This document shows, in pieces, positions 25,906-40,520 of a stretch of DNA of 64,000 bases. How positions within the stretch are numbered: position 1 is the stretch's first letter; each line of letters begins with the position of its first letter. The notes under the pieces are model-generated. The model saw only the letters and a list, made by a program, of their open reading frames with translations, was not told the DNA's origin and did no database searches. The position numbers were made by a program, and so were the translations under genes. The stretch is taken from contig CM052832.1 of the NCBI GenBank assembly GCA_028534125.1, positions 17,672,001-17,736,000 on the forward strand, given 5' to 3'. Origin of the DNA: Lama glama (lineage: Eukaryota).

Positions 25906-28856
25906 TCGTTATCTAGAGCCCCAGAACCAAGAGTGAAATGAACTGTTTCATAGGGAATCAACCACTGCATTCTAGCACTGCCATTTTGCTCAATGGGGAA
26001 AATTTTTGAAACCTAAGATGTCTCTCCTAGGACTATACTGGATGGCAACAGTTACAGAAGAACCATTTTATCATGCCAGGTCCTAAAATGAAAAGCTGAG
26101 AACAGGGAAAGAAACTACTGGTCAACAGTTCATTTTAGGTTAAAAGTATAAAAACAGAATCAGCAGGATAAAGGAAGTTAGTGCATTTCACTCAAAGGAG
26201 CTCAAAATAAGGTCATACAGATGAACCAACAACATTCTAATGCTAAGAGTGAAAACTGGAGACCAAAAATAGACTTCTACTTATACCCCAAAGAAACAAT
26301 AGCCTTTTTCTACTGTCTTATATATACTACTGGGCTATTTCTATAGGTGTGCTGAATCAGCCCTAATATACAATGTTCTTTCAAGTCACAGTCTTTTCTC
26401 ACATGTGTCTCAGTATAATACTAATCTTTCTGGTCATATTATTTTTTCTCTACATTTCTGCCAGATGCTTAGTAATTCTGAGATTTAAGTAGTCTGGCTA
26501 CACATTACTCTGAGTAAAGAAATGTTGGTACACATACAGTCATTTCAATATGGTGCTCTAAGTCTTCATTGGAACAGGAGACAACTGTTCCTCCAAACTA
26601 CATGGGAGGAGCGTGTGTATACATGCACATGCATGCACGCACACACACATGTATTCTCCCCCTGACAATGTACCCTTCCTATGGAATATTTGCACATAGG
26701 TAGCACTGGCCTTAGGCAGAATTAGTATCTCACAGAGAGTAAGGCACAACTGAAGCAGAGAGCAAGGATCTAGAAACAACTAGATTTATCTGTTTCTGGT
26801 TTCTTGTAATTTTAAGTACAAGAGCATTAGGAATGGTAATCTATAGGCCAAAGAAAGTGAGACAGAGAAAGGCAGAGAGAGGGGAACGAAGATAAGGAAA
26901 CAAATAACGAAAAGCACTGTTTTGAAAAAGTAAACCAAGGAAACCGGGATGACAAATGACAAGCGGGTACCAATGGCTCAATGAAATAGGTGTAGATAAC
27001 CTTGATGTTATTAGTGGTCCATGTCGGCCACAGTAGGGTAGAGAAGGGATGTTACAGGGAAGGAATTTATGACCCAAAAGGTGGACCTCTGCAATGTAAG
27101 ATTTTATGACTTATTTTTAAAAACATCAATCATAAAATAATTAGTAAGTGTGGTCCTTGTTCAGGATAGTCACAGTGTGAAACTGAATACTTTATCTTGG
27201 AATTCATCACAATGTATATTATATTCTTCTGAATAGGATTAATGGAATTAACTCCAATTTTGAAACCCAATTTTGGAAATAGCCAAAAGTTACTCAGTTT
27301 TAAATATGGTGAACAAGTGAGTAATCAAACAGTCAAAAATGAGATGAAATTTAAGAGTACAAAGAGTTTTCTTGTATGGTTTATTAAATGAGAATCTTGA
27401 GAGTATTCCAATATCTGAAGGAGTGGCAGTGCTTGGAATAACAGCACTGCTAACACTGCTAGAACTGTCCAATTGAAAGAACCACCCATGTTTGGATGCT
27501 TCTGAAAGTCCAGAATGTTACTTTAAACCAGCCTCATTACTTTATACAATATCCCTTGGTATACTGAAAGCTTCAAAGATGAAATAGTGTCTGGTGATAA
27601 TGAGTTTAATATTGTGTCTGCTGGATTTTAGATGGGAGTGCACCAGAATTCAGAAGAATGAGGAACTGTGAGGTGAAGTATTCGACAGATGACCACTGCA
27701 AATATGTAAAGCTAATGGCAAAAAACAGATGCAGAATGAGTGAGGTGCTGAGGCCACCAAAGGAGGTGGACTGAGGGTAAAGACAGGAAGTGACAGATCC
27801 TCTAGACAGAGGGTTTGTGCAGACTGAGAGGAACCTACAGAGCGGTTTTGTAATGGGCCCAAGGGATGAGTGAACATTCTTTGTGAGGATTTTTATAACT
27901 TCTTCAAGCACCTGTCTCCTCTTTCTCCCATGTAATGCCTTAACGAGGATAGTGTAAATACCTATTCATACCACAGGGTACAATGGGAAGGTGGAAAGGA
28001 GTGTTAGAAGTCACCAAAAGGTACAACCATCCAAGCGTAAGAGCAGCTGGACTAAGTCTCCACTCACCTCTTTCTCTGCATCATTTGCACAACCATCACT
28101 AATGCGTCCACCTCCTTTGCTGACATAGGTACGGGGACTGGGGGTGGTGAAGGATAAGTATGGATGCTCAATGACTCAGTGGAGTCAGTGAAGGCGATAT
28201 ATGAAAAGAAATGTTGGAATGATGTTAAAAATATAGCATTTTGAGTTTGCTTGGGAATATGGATTGCCATTGACTATCAGGAGCATTAGAATCAAATAAA
28301 ATGCAAACTTAAGCATAAATACATTGTGTCTGTAAAAATGTCCCTAGAACTAGGATCTCAGAAAGCTAAATATAAATATAAGTCTCACACAGAGGCTGCT
28401 TCAAACTCTAAAGCAGCTTCTTAGATCAGATTAGGAGCACAGGGGCACCGTCAGGGGAATAAATGGGAGGAGGGAATCACAGGAGATGGGAAGAAGCAGA
28501 AGAACTAGGAGCAGCCTCTCAGTCCTACAGCTACTCACCTGAGACACAGTTAAGTGCCTCGAGCCACAACAAGCAACTTGCTCTAATGCTACTTCAAGCT
28601 TCTAAAGGATCCATCAGCCCATTGGGAGCTCCACTCCGTCAGACACCTCTCAAGGTAGTCAAGTTAATCGACCTTCAACAAGGCCATGGGCCCAAACTAC
28701 TGAAGAGCTATTCTAACTCTGCCACCACTATCAATCCTGACCCTAGGCAAGGTTGTAATGATGCTGAACTACCTTTTTAGTACACTGAAAGAACTCTCAC
28801 CAGCATGTGGTTCCTCTAATGCTGAATAATGCCCAAACTATGACTGAAGTTTTTTC

Positions 28857-29852
<996 letters not shown>

Positions 29853-30435
29853 TCACTTCCTACTCTCTATGTTAGGAGAGAGGAATCAGAGATAGGGGAA
29901 GAGGAAACTACACATGGAACAGTTACAAGGCAAAGCTTTCACCTGTCTCCAAAACACCTTCATAAAACGGGGAGAAAGGAGCAGGGCAAACAGAAGTACT
30001 ACACACCAACTGGGGAGGAACTGCCATCGAAAAAGAGGGTGCGGGGAAGAGGAGTAAAGTAGAGATGGGATCAGCTGAGAAGAAGTGGAAGCTGAGGGGT
30101 GGGAAGGAATATGGAACTAGTACAAGAGCTAACAAGTAGAACAGGAATGGAAAAAAGCCCCAGTCATTACAGGGGACGAGCACAACAGGCCTAAGTATGA
30201 ACTCAGCGCTAGAAGATTTCAATTTCCAACTGGCAGAGACCAGTACCCAGCTACAAACTGTAAGGTAAGTGCTGCATTAGAGAATAAAAGTTTCCTTTTA
30301 GAACTCAGGAAGTCTCAACATTTTACCTCTCTGTTGGACTTTGAGTTTAAACTCAACTATGTCTTTCAGAAAGCTCAAAGCTACTGTACACACAAACAAA
30401 CAGCCTTATATGATAATAACCAGAGCTTTCCTTAC

Positions 30436-30559
30436 CCAGGGAGAACAGGTTTCTGTAATTCTCTGGCCTGTTATCTCTACTCAGATCCTTCTGTGATGGA
30501 TCAAGAAGCCATTCCTCTCGAATTAGGGAAACAGCCATATCTTCGATCTTCTCCAAAGT
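30436..30559 (-). CDS. ZKSCAN8: ZKSCAN8 divergent KRAB-A exon
   Basis: ttcag|TLEKIEDMAVSLIREEWLLDPSQKDLSRDNRPENYRNLFSL-G|gtaag; 124 nt, phase 0-1. Confidence 0.95.
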
Positions 30560-30873
30560 CTGAAACAAAATAAGATCCCCATTTGGGGACTGGGAGTGTT
30601 CCACAGCTCAAATCCAGTGTCAGAGAGCTCCACCAGGGTTGGAGAGGATCAAGCGGTGGGATCGTACTGTATAAAGGGCTCTACATAGCTAGTTGGGAAG
30701 AAAAGGAAAATGCACCAGATTTACTGAGGGAAAATCGAGGATCAATCTGTCTCTTTGTGGAAGAATTTGGGACAAGTTCTTCATGAGCTCTGCTACAAAC
30801 AGTCCAGACATGGAGTAGATGCCACAACACTGTCAAGTAGAGCTATGGGGTTTCAGTGAGGAGCACAACTCAC

Positions 30874-30965
30874 CTGGAACCCAGCTGTGAGAAGCGTAGC
30901 TGTCATCTCCTGGTCTCCAGGACTTCCTTTCTGGGAAGGGGTAGGACTCTGTGAAGCAGACATGG
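30874..30965 (-). CDS. ZKSCAN8: ZKSCAN8 third coding exon
   Basis: ctcag|(A)MSASQSPTPSQKGSPGDQEMTATLLTAGFQ|gtgagt; 92 nt, phase 1-0. Confidence 0.95.
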
Positions 30966-31499
30966 CTGAGAGAAAAAGGAGCTATGAATGAGACCAGCCT
31001 TGTTCCGTGGTTATGGGGGCCAGCTCTAGCCCATTCCAAAATTATCTGTATTTCAGCAGATATGCATACCAGAGTTTTCACATATGAAATGCTGATAATC
31101 TTTCTATGGATCCATACTTATGGTTGCTCCCAAAACATCTGCACTTTGACGTCCCACTTAGCCTGAAGTTACATGACAAAAATAGAAAGTGTTCTGGTTT
31201 CCTAAGAGGAATTAATTTACAATTTCTTCTCTACCATCAAAGCAATAGCTTATCCTTGTGCTTGTAGTCAGTATTTCTTTAGGTCCTGATCTCTTGGAAA
31301 ACTGAATATGAGAACCAGTCTATCTCTGCTACCATGTCTACCATGCCTGGATCTGTTTCCTATAAATACCAGACAATATAATACCCAAATCACCACAGAC
31401 TACTGTGTCTTGCGCAATAGGTTTTAGAACTTAAAACAAGAATTACATTATTAACTGAAAATGTTTCTATGATTCTTCTTTAGGAATATTAAAAATCCA

Positions 31500-32500
31500 C
31501 TTACTTAGAACAAACTGCTATAAATCACATAAGTGAAAAAAATAAGAAATGCGGGGCAAGTATGAGATGAGACTAGAATATCTTATCTTTTTCTTTAAGA
31601 AAGAAAGTTCTCAAAAAGGGACAGGGAAATGTCAATAGGACACAGGAGCCAGACTGAAGAGGCCTCCTCTGGCCAAGTCTAAGACAATGTAAGTATCAAA
31701 ACAAAGACAGTAACAGAATATTTCTGGAATAAAATAAGAATTTATGTGTCCATACTGATAAATAAAAAAACAAGATGGGGGGGAAAAGAAACATTCCCCA
31801 TTATAATAAACAAACAAATGTAGAAAAAATGACAGAGTTAGAAAATAATCACTTTGTAACAGTCTTAGTAATCACCGATTCAGTCAAGGAGCATCAGTGA
31901 ATACTAAAACTAGTGTTTTAGCAACAAAAGTTTGATGAGGACAAGAATATTTACATAGACTCAAGAATATCTCCCCACAAATTATTTATTAATTACAATG
32001 GGAAAAATAGTAACTTTATAAGAAGTAACCAATCAAGGATAACCTTAACCAAGTCATCAAAGATAACACTACCAGTAACAGATAAATTTCTGTTGTAGCC
32101 CTGAGAAGGCCACAGTTTCACTTCCGGAGGGCTCCCGCCGAATATACACAGCTTGAATTCAAATATGAGGAAATATCACACAAACTCAAATTGCAGCCAT
32201 TTTACAAGGTAACTGATCTGTACTCTTTAAAAAATGTCAAGATCATGAAAGGCAAAGAAAGGCTGAGGAACTATTCCAAGTTAAAGGAAACTAAACATAA
32301 CTAATTGCAAAGTGTGATCTTGGACTAGACTCTGGAAGAGCATTACTGGGATGACTGGCAAACTATGTACATGAACTGTGGACTAGATTAGTATTGTATC
32401 GGTATTAAAAATTCCTAACTGTGATCAATTTATTGTGGTTATCTAAGAAAATGCTCTTATTTGAGAGTCATACTGAAACATTTACAAATAAAGCAGTATG
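31500..32500 (+). mobile_element. L1MC/MD-type 3' end in ZKSCAN8 intron
   Basis: aggctgaggaactattccaagttaaaggaaactaa, tgtgatcttggactaga, atctccccacaaattatttattaattacaa. Confidence 0.75.
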
Positions 32501-32785
32501 ATGATACCAGTAAAACCTCCAAATGCTTATGTTGCAAATACACTGGGGTAATAGAAATGTGTAAATACATAAAAATCCCCAAATTCATTAATTTGTTTGT
32601 GAGTTTACCGCTAGGACTGATAGTCAGTATTTGAAACCTAGATAAACATTTAAACTAGATCTTATGGCTGGTCTGTAAACGAGTGATTCTAGTTTCTGGT
32701 TCTCCAGGAACTAGATAGGTGTCTCAAATGTACTCTCTTTTTTTTCTACTTCCTCACTCCTCATCAATGAAATCTGGCTCCTCAC

Positions 32786-32927
32786 CTCTCTCTTGTGATC
32801 CTTGGAGCACTGGAGATTTGTGCTGGGTTGCCACAGGTTGGGGCTGAGTATCTGGAGGCTCGGGTGCAGATTCCGAATGCACCACCTCCTCCCAGAGTAC
32901 CCTATGTCCATGTGCACGAGCCGGGAC
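32786..32927 (-). CDS. ZKSCAN8: ZKSCAN8 post-SCAN linker exon
   Basis: ttccag|VPARAHGHRVLWEEVVHSESAPEPPDTQPQPVATQHKSPVLQGSQER-G|gtgagg; 142 nt, phase 0-1. Confidence 0.95.
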
Positions 32928-33522
32928 CTGGAAACAATGGGACAGTTACATTATAAGAAACCTCTTTGAGAAATGAAGTGAACAACGATGAGGACTAAGA
33001 TCACATCCACAGGGAAACATGCTTGGGGAAGGAAGAGGCAGAAACTCACTTACTTCCAAGGGGCAGTAAGGAACACGGACATGTTGATTAGCACAGAAAG
33101 GCATCATTTTCTGCTCAGCACTGAAGGAAAAGATTGCTGATGCCCTCCCTGCTGCACACAATGCCAATATTTTGCACTCCCAAAGCAGGAAAAGAATGAT
33201 AAACTGAAACTTAAAGCAGTGCTCTTCAGTGGAAAAAAACTTTTGCTGAGGAATAGGAAACATGAGTTCTGGTCTCAGATCTACCTTTAATTATCTGCGT
33301 GCCCCTGAAAAAAGTAAGTTAAGCTCTCTGTGCATCAGTTTTCCACCTGGCAAATAAGGATATTAATACAGCTGTATGAATGTTATGAGGATAAAAATGG
33401 ATTTATATATCCTCCTCCAAGAGAAACTCATGCTCAGCATTTATTCTCCCACTGTTGTGTATGTCCCTCCACGCAGCTTCCAGGACTCTCCCGGTCATAG
33501 TTGCACGCCTCCTTCTACTTAC

Positions 33523-33939
33523 CGGCCGTCCCAGTATATCAATTTGCCTTTCCAAATCTTCCAATAGCGTCACCACCTCCTCTCCATTCTCCAGCTGATG
33601 CTCCTTAACCAGAGTCTGGAGCTCCTCGGGCAGGATGGTCAGGAATTGCTCCAGCACTAGAAGCTCTAGGATCTGCTCCTTGGTGTTCAAATCTGGCCTC
33701 AGCCACTGATGGCAAAGTGCCCGGAGTTGGATCAGAGCTTCTCGGGGTCCTAGTGTCTCCTGGTAGCATAACTTCCTGAAGCGCAGGCGGAACAGCTCTT
33801 GGCCAGGAGGGTTACTTTCATGTAGACTTGATTCCTGGTCCCAACCATGATCTTCCTCTACCTTGACAATTACAAGGTCCTCCTCAGGAGTCTGGTCTGG
33901 TGGGGATGGAGCTACAGACTTTCTTGATTCTGCAGCCAT
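33523..33939 (-). CDS. ZKSCAN8: ZKSCAN8 first coding exon (SCAN domain)
   Basis: [41 protein letters not shown]...[14 protein letters not shown]|gtaagt; 417 nt; likely exon acceptor at 34033. Confidence 0.96.
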
Positions 33940-35155
33940 TTAGGGCTGGAAAAGCTCAGGCGGCTTGTTCCCACTACCTTCTTTATCTTCTTAAGAGAAG
34001 AATCTTCTGAGGGCCTCTTTTTAAAGGATATTTCTTAAGGAAGAGAAAATGACAAATAGTGTAAAGGTATATCAAAGATCATAGTAATTTACTAAGATAT
34101 CTTAACAAACTCCCTACCATGACAGGGACTTCACGGCTCAGTCATTTAAATGATCCTCTCCTTAGCCATGTGTCATGTCAAATCCACCTGGGACTAACCC
34201 TTTCCTTCTGCTTTTTCTCCTGGGGATGTGGAAAATGGCTAAACAAAGTCAGCAAACCATGTAGATAGGGTCTAACTGAAATTCTGCATTTAGCCTCAGC
34301 TGGTCCTCAGCTGCTTCTTTCAGTGTTTGTTGTACATGCTGTACCGTTTTCATACACGTCCACTCTCAACCTGTCCCTCACTCTTAACAGATGAGACCAA
34401 TGTCCATGTAATTTAGCTCAAGTTATTGTCAAGAACTATCCTAACACTTTCCTCTTCATCTAACATTCATTATTCTACCTGTGCTCCTCCCGCCATCTTC
34501 CCTCCTGTCTCCAGGCTAACAACTTCTACTATGGATTTTAGTTCTAGAACTCTCTTTGGAGTACAGGTCCTGCATCCAAGGAACCTGGGTGCCCTATGAA
34601 CACTTGCAACCCCAATATCTATCTAGCTCCATACACTAATGACATTCCAGAATGTCTTATAAATAAATTCATACAGTATGTACCCTTTTGAGTCTGGCAC
34701 CTTTCACCTAGCATACTGTACTTGAGAACATCAATGTTGTTGCATGTAGCAGTTTATTCCTTATATAGATGTATGTTAGTTTATCCATCCCCCAGTTGGC
34801 AGAGATCTCAATTGTTTCCAGTTTTTGATAATTACAAATAAAGTTGCATCTGCATATGAGCTTTTGTGTAAACATAGTTTTCACTTCACCTGTGTAAATA
34901 TCTAGAAGTAAAACTGCTGGGTCATAAGGTAAGTATATGTATAATTTTATAAGAAACTGCCAAACTGTTTTCCAAAGCACCCAACATGATAAGGGAAGTT
35001 GCGCCATATCCTGACTATCATTTGATATATATCTATATATATTTAACTTTAGACATTCTAATAGGTGTATAGTAGTATCTCACTAATGTTTTAATTTGCA
35101 TTTGTCTACTAATAATGTTGAGCAACCTTTCCTATGCTTATCTGCCATCCATATA

Positions 35156-35468
35156 CAGTTGGCCCTCCATATCCACAGGTTCCACATCCTTAGATTCAGC
35201 CACCCACAGATCAGAGACATTCGAGGAAAGAAAAATTCCAGAGAGTTCCAAAAGGCAAAACCTGAACTTGTCACACATCACCAATTATTTACATAGCATT
35301 TACATTTTACTATAAATGATCTAGAGATGACTTAAAATATATGGGAGGATATGTGTAGGTTACATGTAAATTCTACACCATTTTATATAAGGCACTTGAG
35401 AGTCAGAAAATTGTAGCACCCATGGGGGGTCTGGGAGTCAATCCCCCATGGATTCTGAGGGACTACTA
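35156..35468 (+). mobile_element. MER2 (Tigger) DNA transposon
   Basis: TA|cagttggccctcc ... gagggactacta|TA termini; aaaaggcaaaacctgaa and atctagagatgacttaaa internal motifs. Confidence 0.85.
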
Positions 35469-35514
35469 TATCCTCTTTGGTAAGTATCTGTTTAAAACTT
35501 TGGTGCATTTTTTT

Positions 35515-35626
35515 GCGGGGGGAGGGTATAGCTCAATTCCACCCAAAATGGCCCCGGGTTCAATGACCAGTACCTTCTCTAAGTGGAAATCAATGAAGAA
35601 ACCTAATTACCTCCCCCTCAGAAATC
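35515..35626 (+). mobile_element. Camelid-type tRNA-Ala SINE, rearranged head
   Basis: ggggagggtatagctca...aaacctaattacctccccc; perfect 19-bp TSD aaaactttggtgcattttt (35494-35512 / 35627-35645). Confidence 0.9.
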
Positions 35627-36468
35627 AAAACTTTGGTGCATTTTTAAGATTAGGGATTTTTTTTTATTGTTGACTTTTGAGAGTTCCTTACATATTTTAT
35701 TGTTGACTTTTGAGAATTCCTTACATATTTCATAAGGGAAATACATGACTTGCAAATATTTCCACCTTTTCATTTTTTTTTAACAGTGCCTTTCCAAGAA
35801 TAGAAATTCATTAATTTTTTAAAGTCTAATTTTTCAATTTTTTCTTTTAGGGATTGTACTTTTGGTGTCATATCTAAGAAATCCTTGCTTAATCCATGGA
35901 TTTCTTAGATATGACACCTTTTTCTCCTGTTTTCTTCTAAAAGTTTTATAGTCTGAGGTTTTACTTTTAGCTCTCTGATTCCTTGTGAGTTAATTTTTGT
36001 ACAGAATTGGAGGTATGGAAGTGGTTTTTTTTTGTTTGTTTGCATACAGCTGTCAAATTGTTCTAGCACTATTTGCAGAAAAGATTATCTTTTATATACT
36101 GAATTATCTTTACATCTTTGTCAAAAATCAATTGACTATATATGAGTGGGTCTATTTCTGGAATCTCTATTCTGTTCCACTGACATATATGTTTATCCTT
36201 TCACCAATACAAAACTGTCTTGATTGTTGTGGCTTTTAAAATCTTGAAATCAAGTACTAAGAGTCTTGCAACTTTGTTGTTCATTTTCAAAATTGTTTTG
36301 GCTTCTCTAGTCCCATTGTCTTCTGATATAAATTTTATAATTGGCTTCTTGGATATATGTCTATGGATTTTATCTTCAGTATCAGGCATCATCTCTTGCC
36401 TGCAGCTGCAGTGGTTAAGTGGTCTTCTTGCCTTTGGTTATGCTTTTCATGTTCCACAAAGTTGCCTA

Positions 36469-36909
36469 CTGTGCATTGAATTATGTCCCTCCCAAAAGAT
36501 ACGTTGAAGTCCTAACCTCTGTTATCTGTAAATGTGATCGTATCTGGAAATAGGGTCTTTGCAGATATAATCAAGCTAAGGTAAGGTTATACTGGCGTAG
36601 GGTGGGACCTTAATCCCATACAACTGGTGAATTTTTAAGAAGAGACACAGAGGTTAACAAAAAGAGGCGGCCACATGAAGATACAGACATAAAGAATGTG
36701 TATGTGACTACAGAGGCAGGGAGTTATGCAGCTGCAAGCCAAGGAAAGCCAAGGATTATCAGTGACAACCAGAAGTAAGGAGAGCATGACCCTGTTGATA
36801 CCTTGATTTTGGACTTTTAGCCTTCATAACTGTGAGAGAATAAGCTGCTGTTATGTTAAGTCGCCCAGTTTGTGGTACTTTGTTATGGTAGTCCCATGAA
36901 ACTAATATA
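36469..36909 (+). mobile_element. MaLR LTR (MLT1C-like)
   Basis: ttgaattatgtccctcccaaaagatacgttgaagtcctaacc...ggaaatagggtctttgcagat...tttgtggtactttgttatgg...aaactaatata. Confidence 0.9.
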
Positions 36910-37106
36910 CTGCTAGAAAGGTTGTTTTAACAAATATGTAATATAACTCACCTGCTTAAAATTTTCAACAGGAAACCCAACTTTTCAGCATAATATGTAA
37001 TGTAAATCTGCCTAGCTTTATCTGCTACCAACTCTCCTTCATATAGTCTTTTCTGAATGTGGCTTTCTCATAATTCCACTGCCTTGCAGAGCTCTTTCCT
37101 CTAGCT

Positions 37107-37325
37107 CAGTGTTTCTCAACCAAGGGCAATCCTGCCCCCTTTTCCTAGGATTTGGCAACGTCTGGAGATATTTTTGGTTGTTACAACTGAGAAGGTATGC
37201 TACTAGTATCTAGTAGGTAGAGGCTAGAGATGCTAGTAAACATCCCATAATGCATTAACATAACCACCCCACAACAAAGAATTATCTGGCCCAAAGCGTC
37301 AATGTCAATGTCGATAAAACCTGGT
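37107..37325 (-). mobile_element. MER20 relic
   Basis: cagtgtttctcaacc...ttggcaacgtctggagatatttttggttgttacaactg...acaacaaagaattatctggccc. Confidence 0.85.
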
Positions 37326-39829
37326 CTTGCTGAAATCATTCAAACTCTAACATAAAAGTCTCAGCTAACCTGTTACCTTTTTAATTAGGACTTCCCTGTT
37401 GCCCCCATTCGTTAGCTGCCCTGCCCCCAGCAGATTAAGGTGCTCATTCTTGCCAAGGTAGTTCAGCATGGTCCAAACATAGGGTTTATCACATTGTGTA
37501 CAGTATGTATGGTTTTCTTGCAAATGTTTGTGGCAGTGACTTTTTTCTTTATACCTCTTTTTAAGTAGGAAGTTATATTACATATTTGTGTGCCAGAAAG
37601 ATAACAATGGCAAACATTGTTATCTCCAGACAATGGACTGGAGAAAAACATGACTGAAGGCAGCACTATAGAGAAGGAAGAAGAGTATAACCAAGGGTAG
37701 CATATCCAAAAGCAGCTGGCAAGAAATGCTAACATCAAGATAAAGCCACAGACCTACAGTCCACAAAGGCAAAGAAGAAACTGGTATTCAGAAGGAAAAT
37801 CAGATTACGTATTGTTCCTGACATGAGTCTTCAAAGGAGTGTATCTTTCAGAGTTTTGGCGGGTAGAGAAGGTGGCGTAGGGGTGGCTCATAATTTCTCA
37901 ATCTAATGAAAACAGAATTCTTCCCCAGAAAAAAGCCCATAGGCACAGAAGTTTACATTCAGTTTCATCAGAGTTCACACAACAAACACCCATCCAAGAA
38001 CTCCGGGAAGGTTAATAACCCCTGCTTAGAGTGTGGACAGAAAAGAAAGAGAATTTGAAAATTAGACAAGGCTAGCTACAACAGTTTGGGGAGTAAACTA
38101 CAAATAGGAAGAATCAAGGACCAAGAGATAAGGTTAAATATGATAAGCAACAATAGAGGGTTTAATTCATAGACGTTAACTTTACAGAGAAGTGGGGGAA
38201 TTTCCTGGAATAGTGAGATTTCAAGGAAGAGTGAATTTGGGCAAGAGGCTGAGATTTTTCTGGAGAGTTTCAAATAAGGGGTAATCAATTTTGTTTTGAA
38301 TAGACGGGATTAACATCCATGGTTTTAAAATAATTCACTTAAAAAATCAATGAAAATATAATAAATTCTTAAACTTTCTTAAAATACACTTATAGATTAA
38401 AAACTTAAAGTCATTACCATGGGACATGAATTCTAAGCTCTGTTTTGAATGTGATACTACATAGTCAGAGTTTTACCATGTTTTCTTATGAATTCCCTAA
38501 AGTCAAGGTTCATCTTTACCTGAACTACTGGCCATCTTCTGTCTTATAATCAATGCTCGTCAATACTAGCTATAAAATATTTCAACGTTAAGTGTTCATT
38601 ACTGAACAGCACTCATGTTGTAGATACATTAAGATATTAAATTAAAATAATAATATAATTCTAAATGACATTAAATAAAGTCTCAGTAGTGAAATTGATG
38701 GAAGTTACCTATTATCAGTTTTTTTTATATTTTAAACTAAATTAACCAACCAATCTTGTCCATTGCCCATTTGATTATTTTTTTAGTAGCTAATTTTCCA
38801 TTTTTAGCCTCTTCCCTCTCCAGACAGTTGACAATTACAACCTATAGCTAACCAAGTACAAAGATATGTACTACAGAATTAGATCATTATGTATCTTCCT
38901 CTTAAACAGTTTTGTGTATACACACCTGTATTTAGCGCCTTGTATATAGACTGCTTTTTACATTCTCTTTTAAGAATACCTTGTCAACTTTATTGATTTA
39001 GGAAGTTAAAATAATCACTCTTCAAAACTTCTTCCCATCTCAAACGCTACAATCCTGTGAACTACTGAAGGCACAACACTGATTTTAACATATGATTATC
39101 TTTTCAATAGATGAAAAAGGAATGCTTTCTGCAGACTAATTTAAGAAGTTTGGGAGCTGAAAATAAAACAAAACATAAAGCTATTTTCCAGGCTTTAAAG
39201 ATCAAGGTGAAGCAAACACTGTGCATTGTAAGTATCTCACACAGTGTAGGCTGAATGGTTTAACATCTACCACATTTACACTTAACCACAAGAGAAATTC
39301 AAAATACGTATACATTTGCTAAAACTATGATTACTGCATAAATATACTTAACTGAACTAATCAAACAAAAATACAGATTGTTTTTTGGAGGTGGTAGTGG
39401 AAGTCTTAATTACTTAAAATTTATTCAAAAGTCACCTGAGTTTTGGAAATGGGGCCCCTCCTAAAGCGTTCCCAGGCATCTACTTAAATTAGCTTTAACA
39501 AACGGAGTAAGTAAAGTATTCTGAATGAGGCTTAATTTTATACTACCTCAAGTTGTTAAAACATGTTTCTTTCGTACATTTATCCAGTCAACATAACACC
39601 ATGCTCCGAATACACTACAAAGAGCAGAAAGAATAACTTAACAGCAAAAATAGTTTTCCAAGGATAGCTGGGGCTTCCGAAAGCAAAATACATCCTTTAG
39701 GAAAAAAAGAGAATTGTGACGGAAATGCAAAATTGCTAAGGAAAAACAATTCTGAGTGTGGAAACAGAGAGTGGGGACAGATTCCTATTTTAAGACAAAT
39801 AAGATCGATTGCAAACACCACCACAAAAC

Positions 39830-40520
39830 GACTGGCGAAGAAGAAAGCGAATCTCCATTAAAGGTTCCCTCGCAAAAAGTTTGGGTAGGCGGACTCGGCC
39901 TGTGCCGGCAACCACAGCGGCCCCTGATCGACCAAGTCACCAAGATCTCGGCTCAGGCCCCGTCTCCGGACCCCTCCGGCTTGTCCTCAGCAGCGGCCTG
40001 GTCTGGCCACAAAGCACTCCCCTTCCTCCGACCAGAACCGTACTCACCGTGAGATCCAGGGGAGGCCCAGGGTGGGGAAAGGAGGTGGCAAAAGGTGGAC
40101 AGACTTGGAGGAAGGGCTGAGAGAAAAAGGGACGAAGCTGTAACCCGACCAGGCCCCTCCAGCCCCCAACTTCCAAACGTGCGGAGGCACAACACCGGCC
40201 AACACGCATCTTGCCCCAAGCCACTTCCGGAAGCTCTCTAGGAATCCTGGAGGCCTGAAAGCTCTATGGTCCGCCGACTGAGGGGACGGGGCACCACGCC
40301 CCTCACAGCCGTATGCGGGGCCTCGCGTTCCTCCTGCGTCTGCGCGTCGCAGGGTTGTGCGGCTCCAGGGCGCCGTTAAAGTCCTGAGAATGACGCACTG
40401 TGGGGTCACAAAGGGCGTGCGGAGGCCAGGGCTGCGAGCAGGCGCATGCTGGGGTAGTGGTGGAGGAGAATGCGCATTGAGGATCCCTGTAATGGTAATT
40501 AGACTCGCGTTTGGCCGGGT
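39830..40520 (-). promoter_or_regulatory. ZKSCAN8: ZKSCAN8 CpG-island promoter and non-coding exon 1
   Basis: Donor CG|GTGAGT with exon end at 40048; palindromic ETS CTTCCGGAAG (40224-40233); NRF1-like GCGCATGC (~40442); TGACGCA. Confidence 0.85.

Larger units (their letters stand above)
34650..36350 (-). mobile_element. L1MB/MC-type 3' region hosting nested MER2 and SINE insertions
   Basis: aactgctgggtcataaggtaagtatatg...aagaaactgccaaactgttttccaaag; tgagtgggtctatttctgga. Confidence 0.85.
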
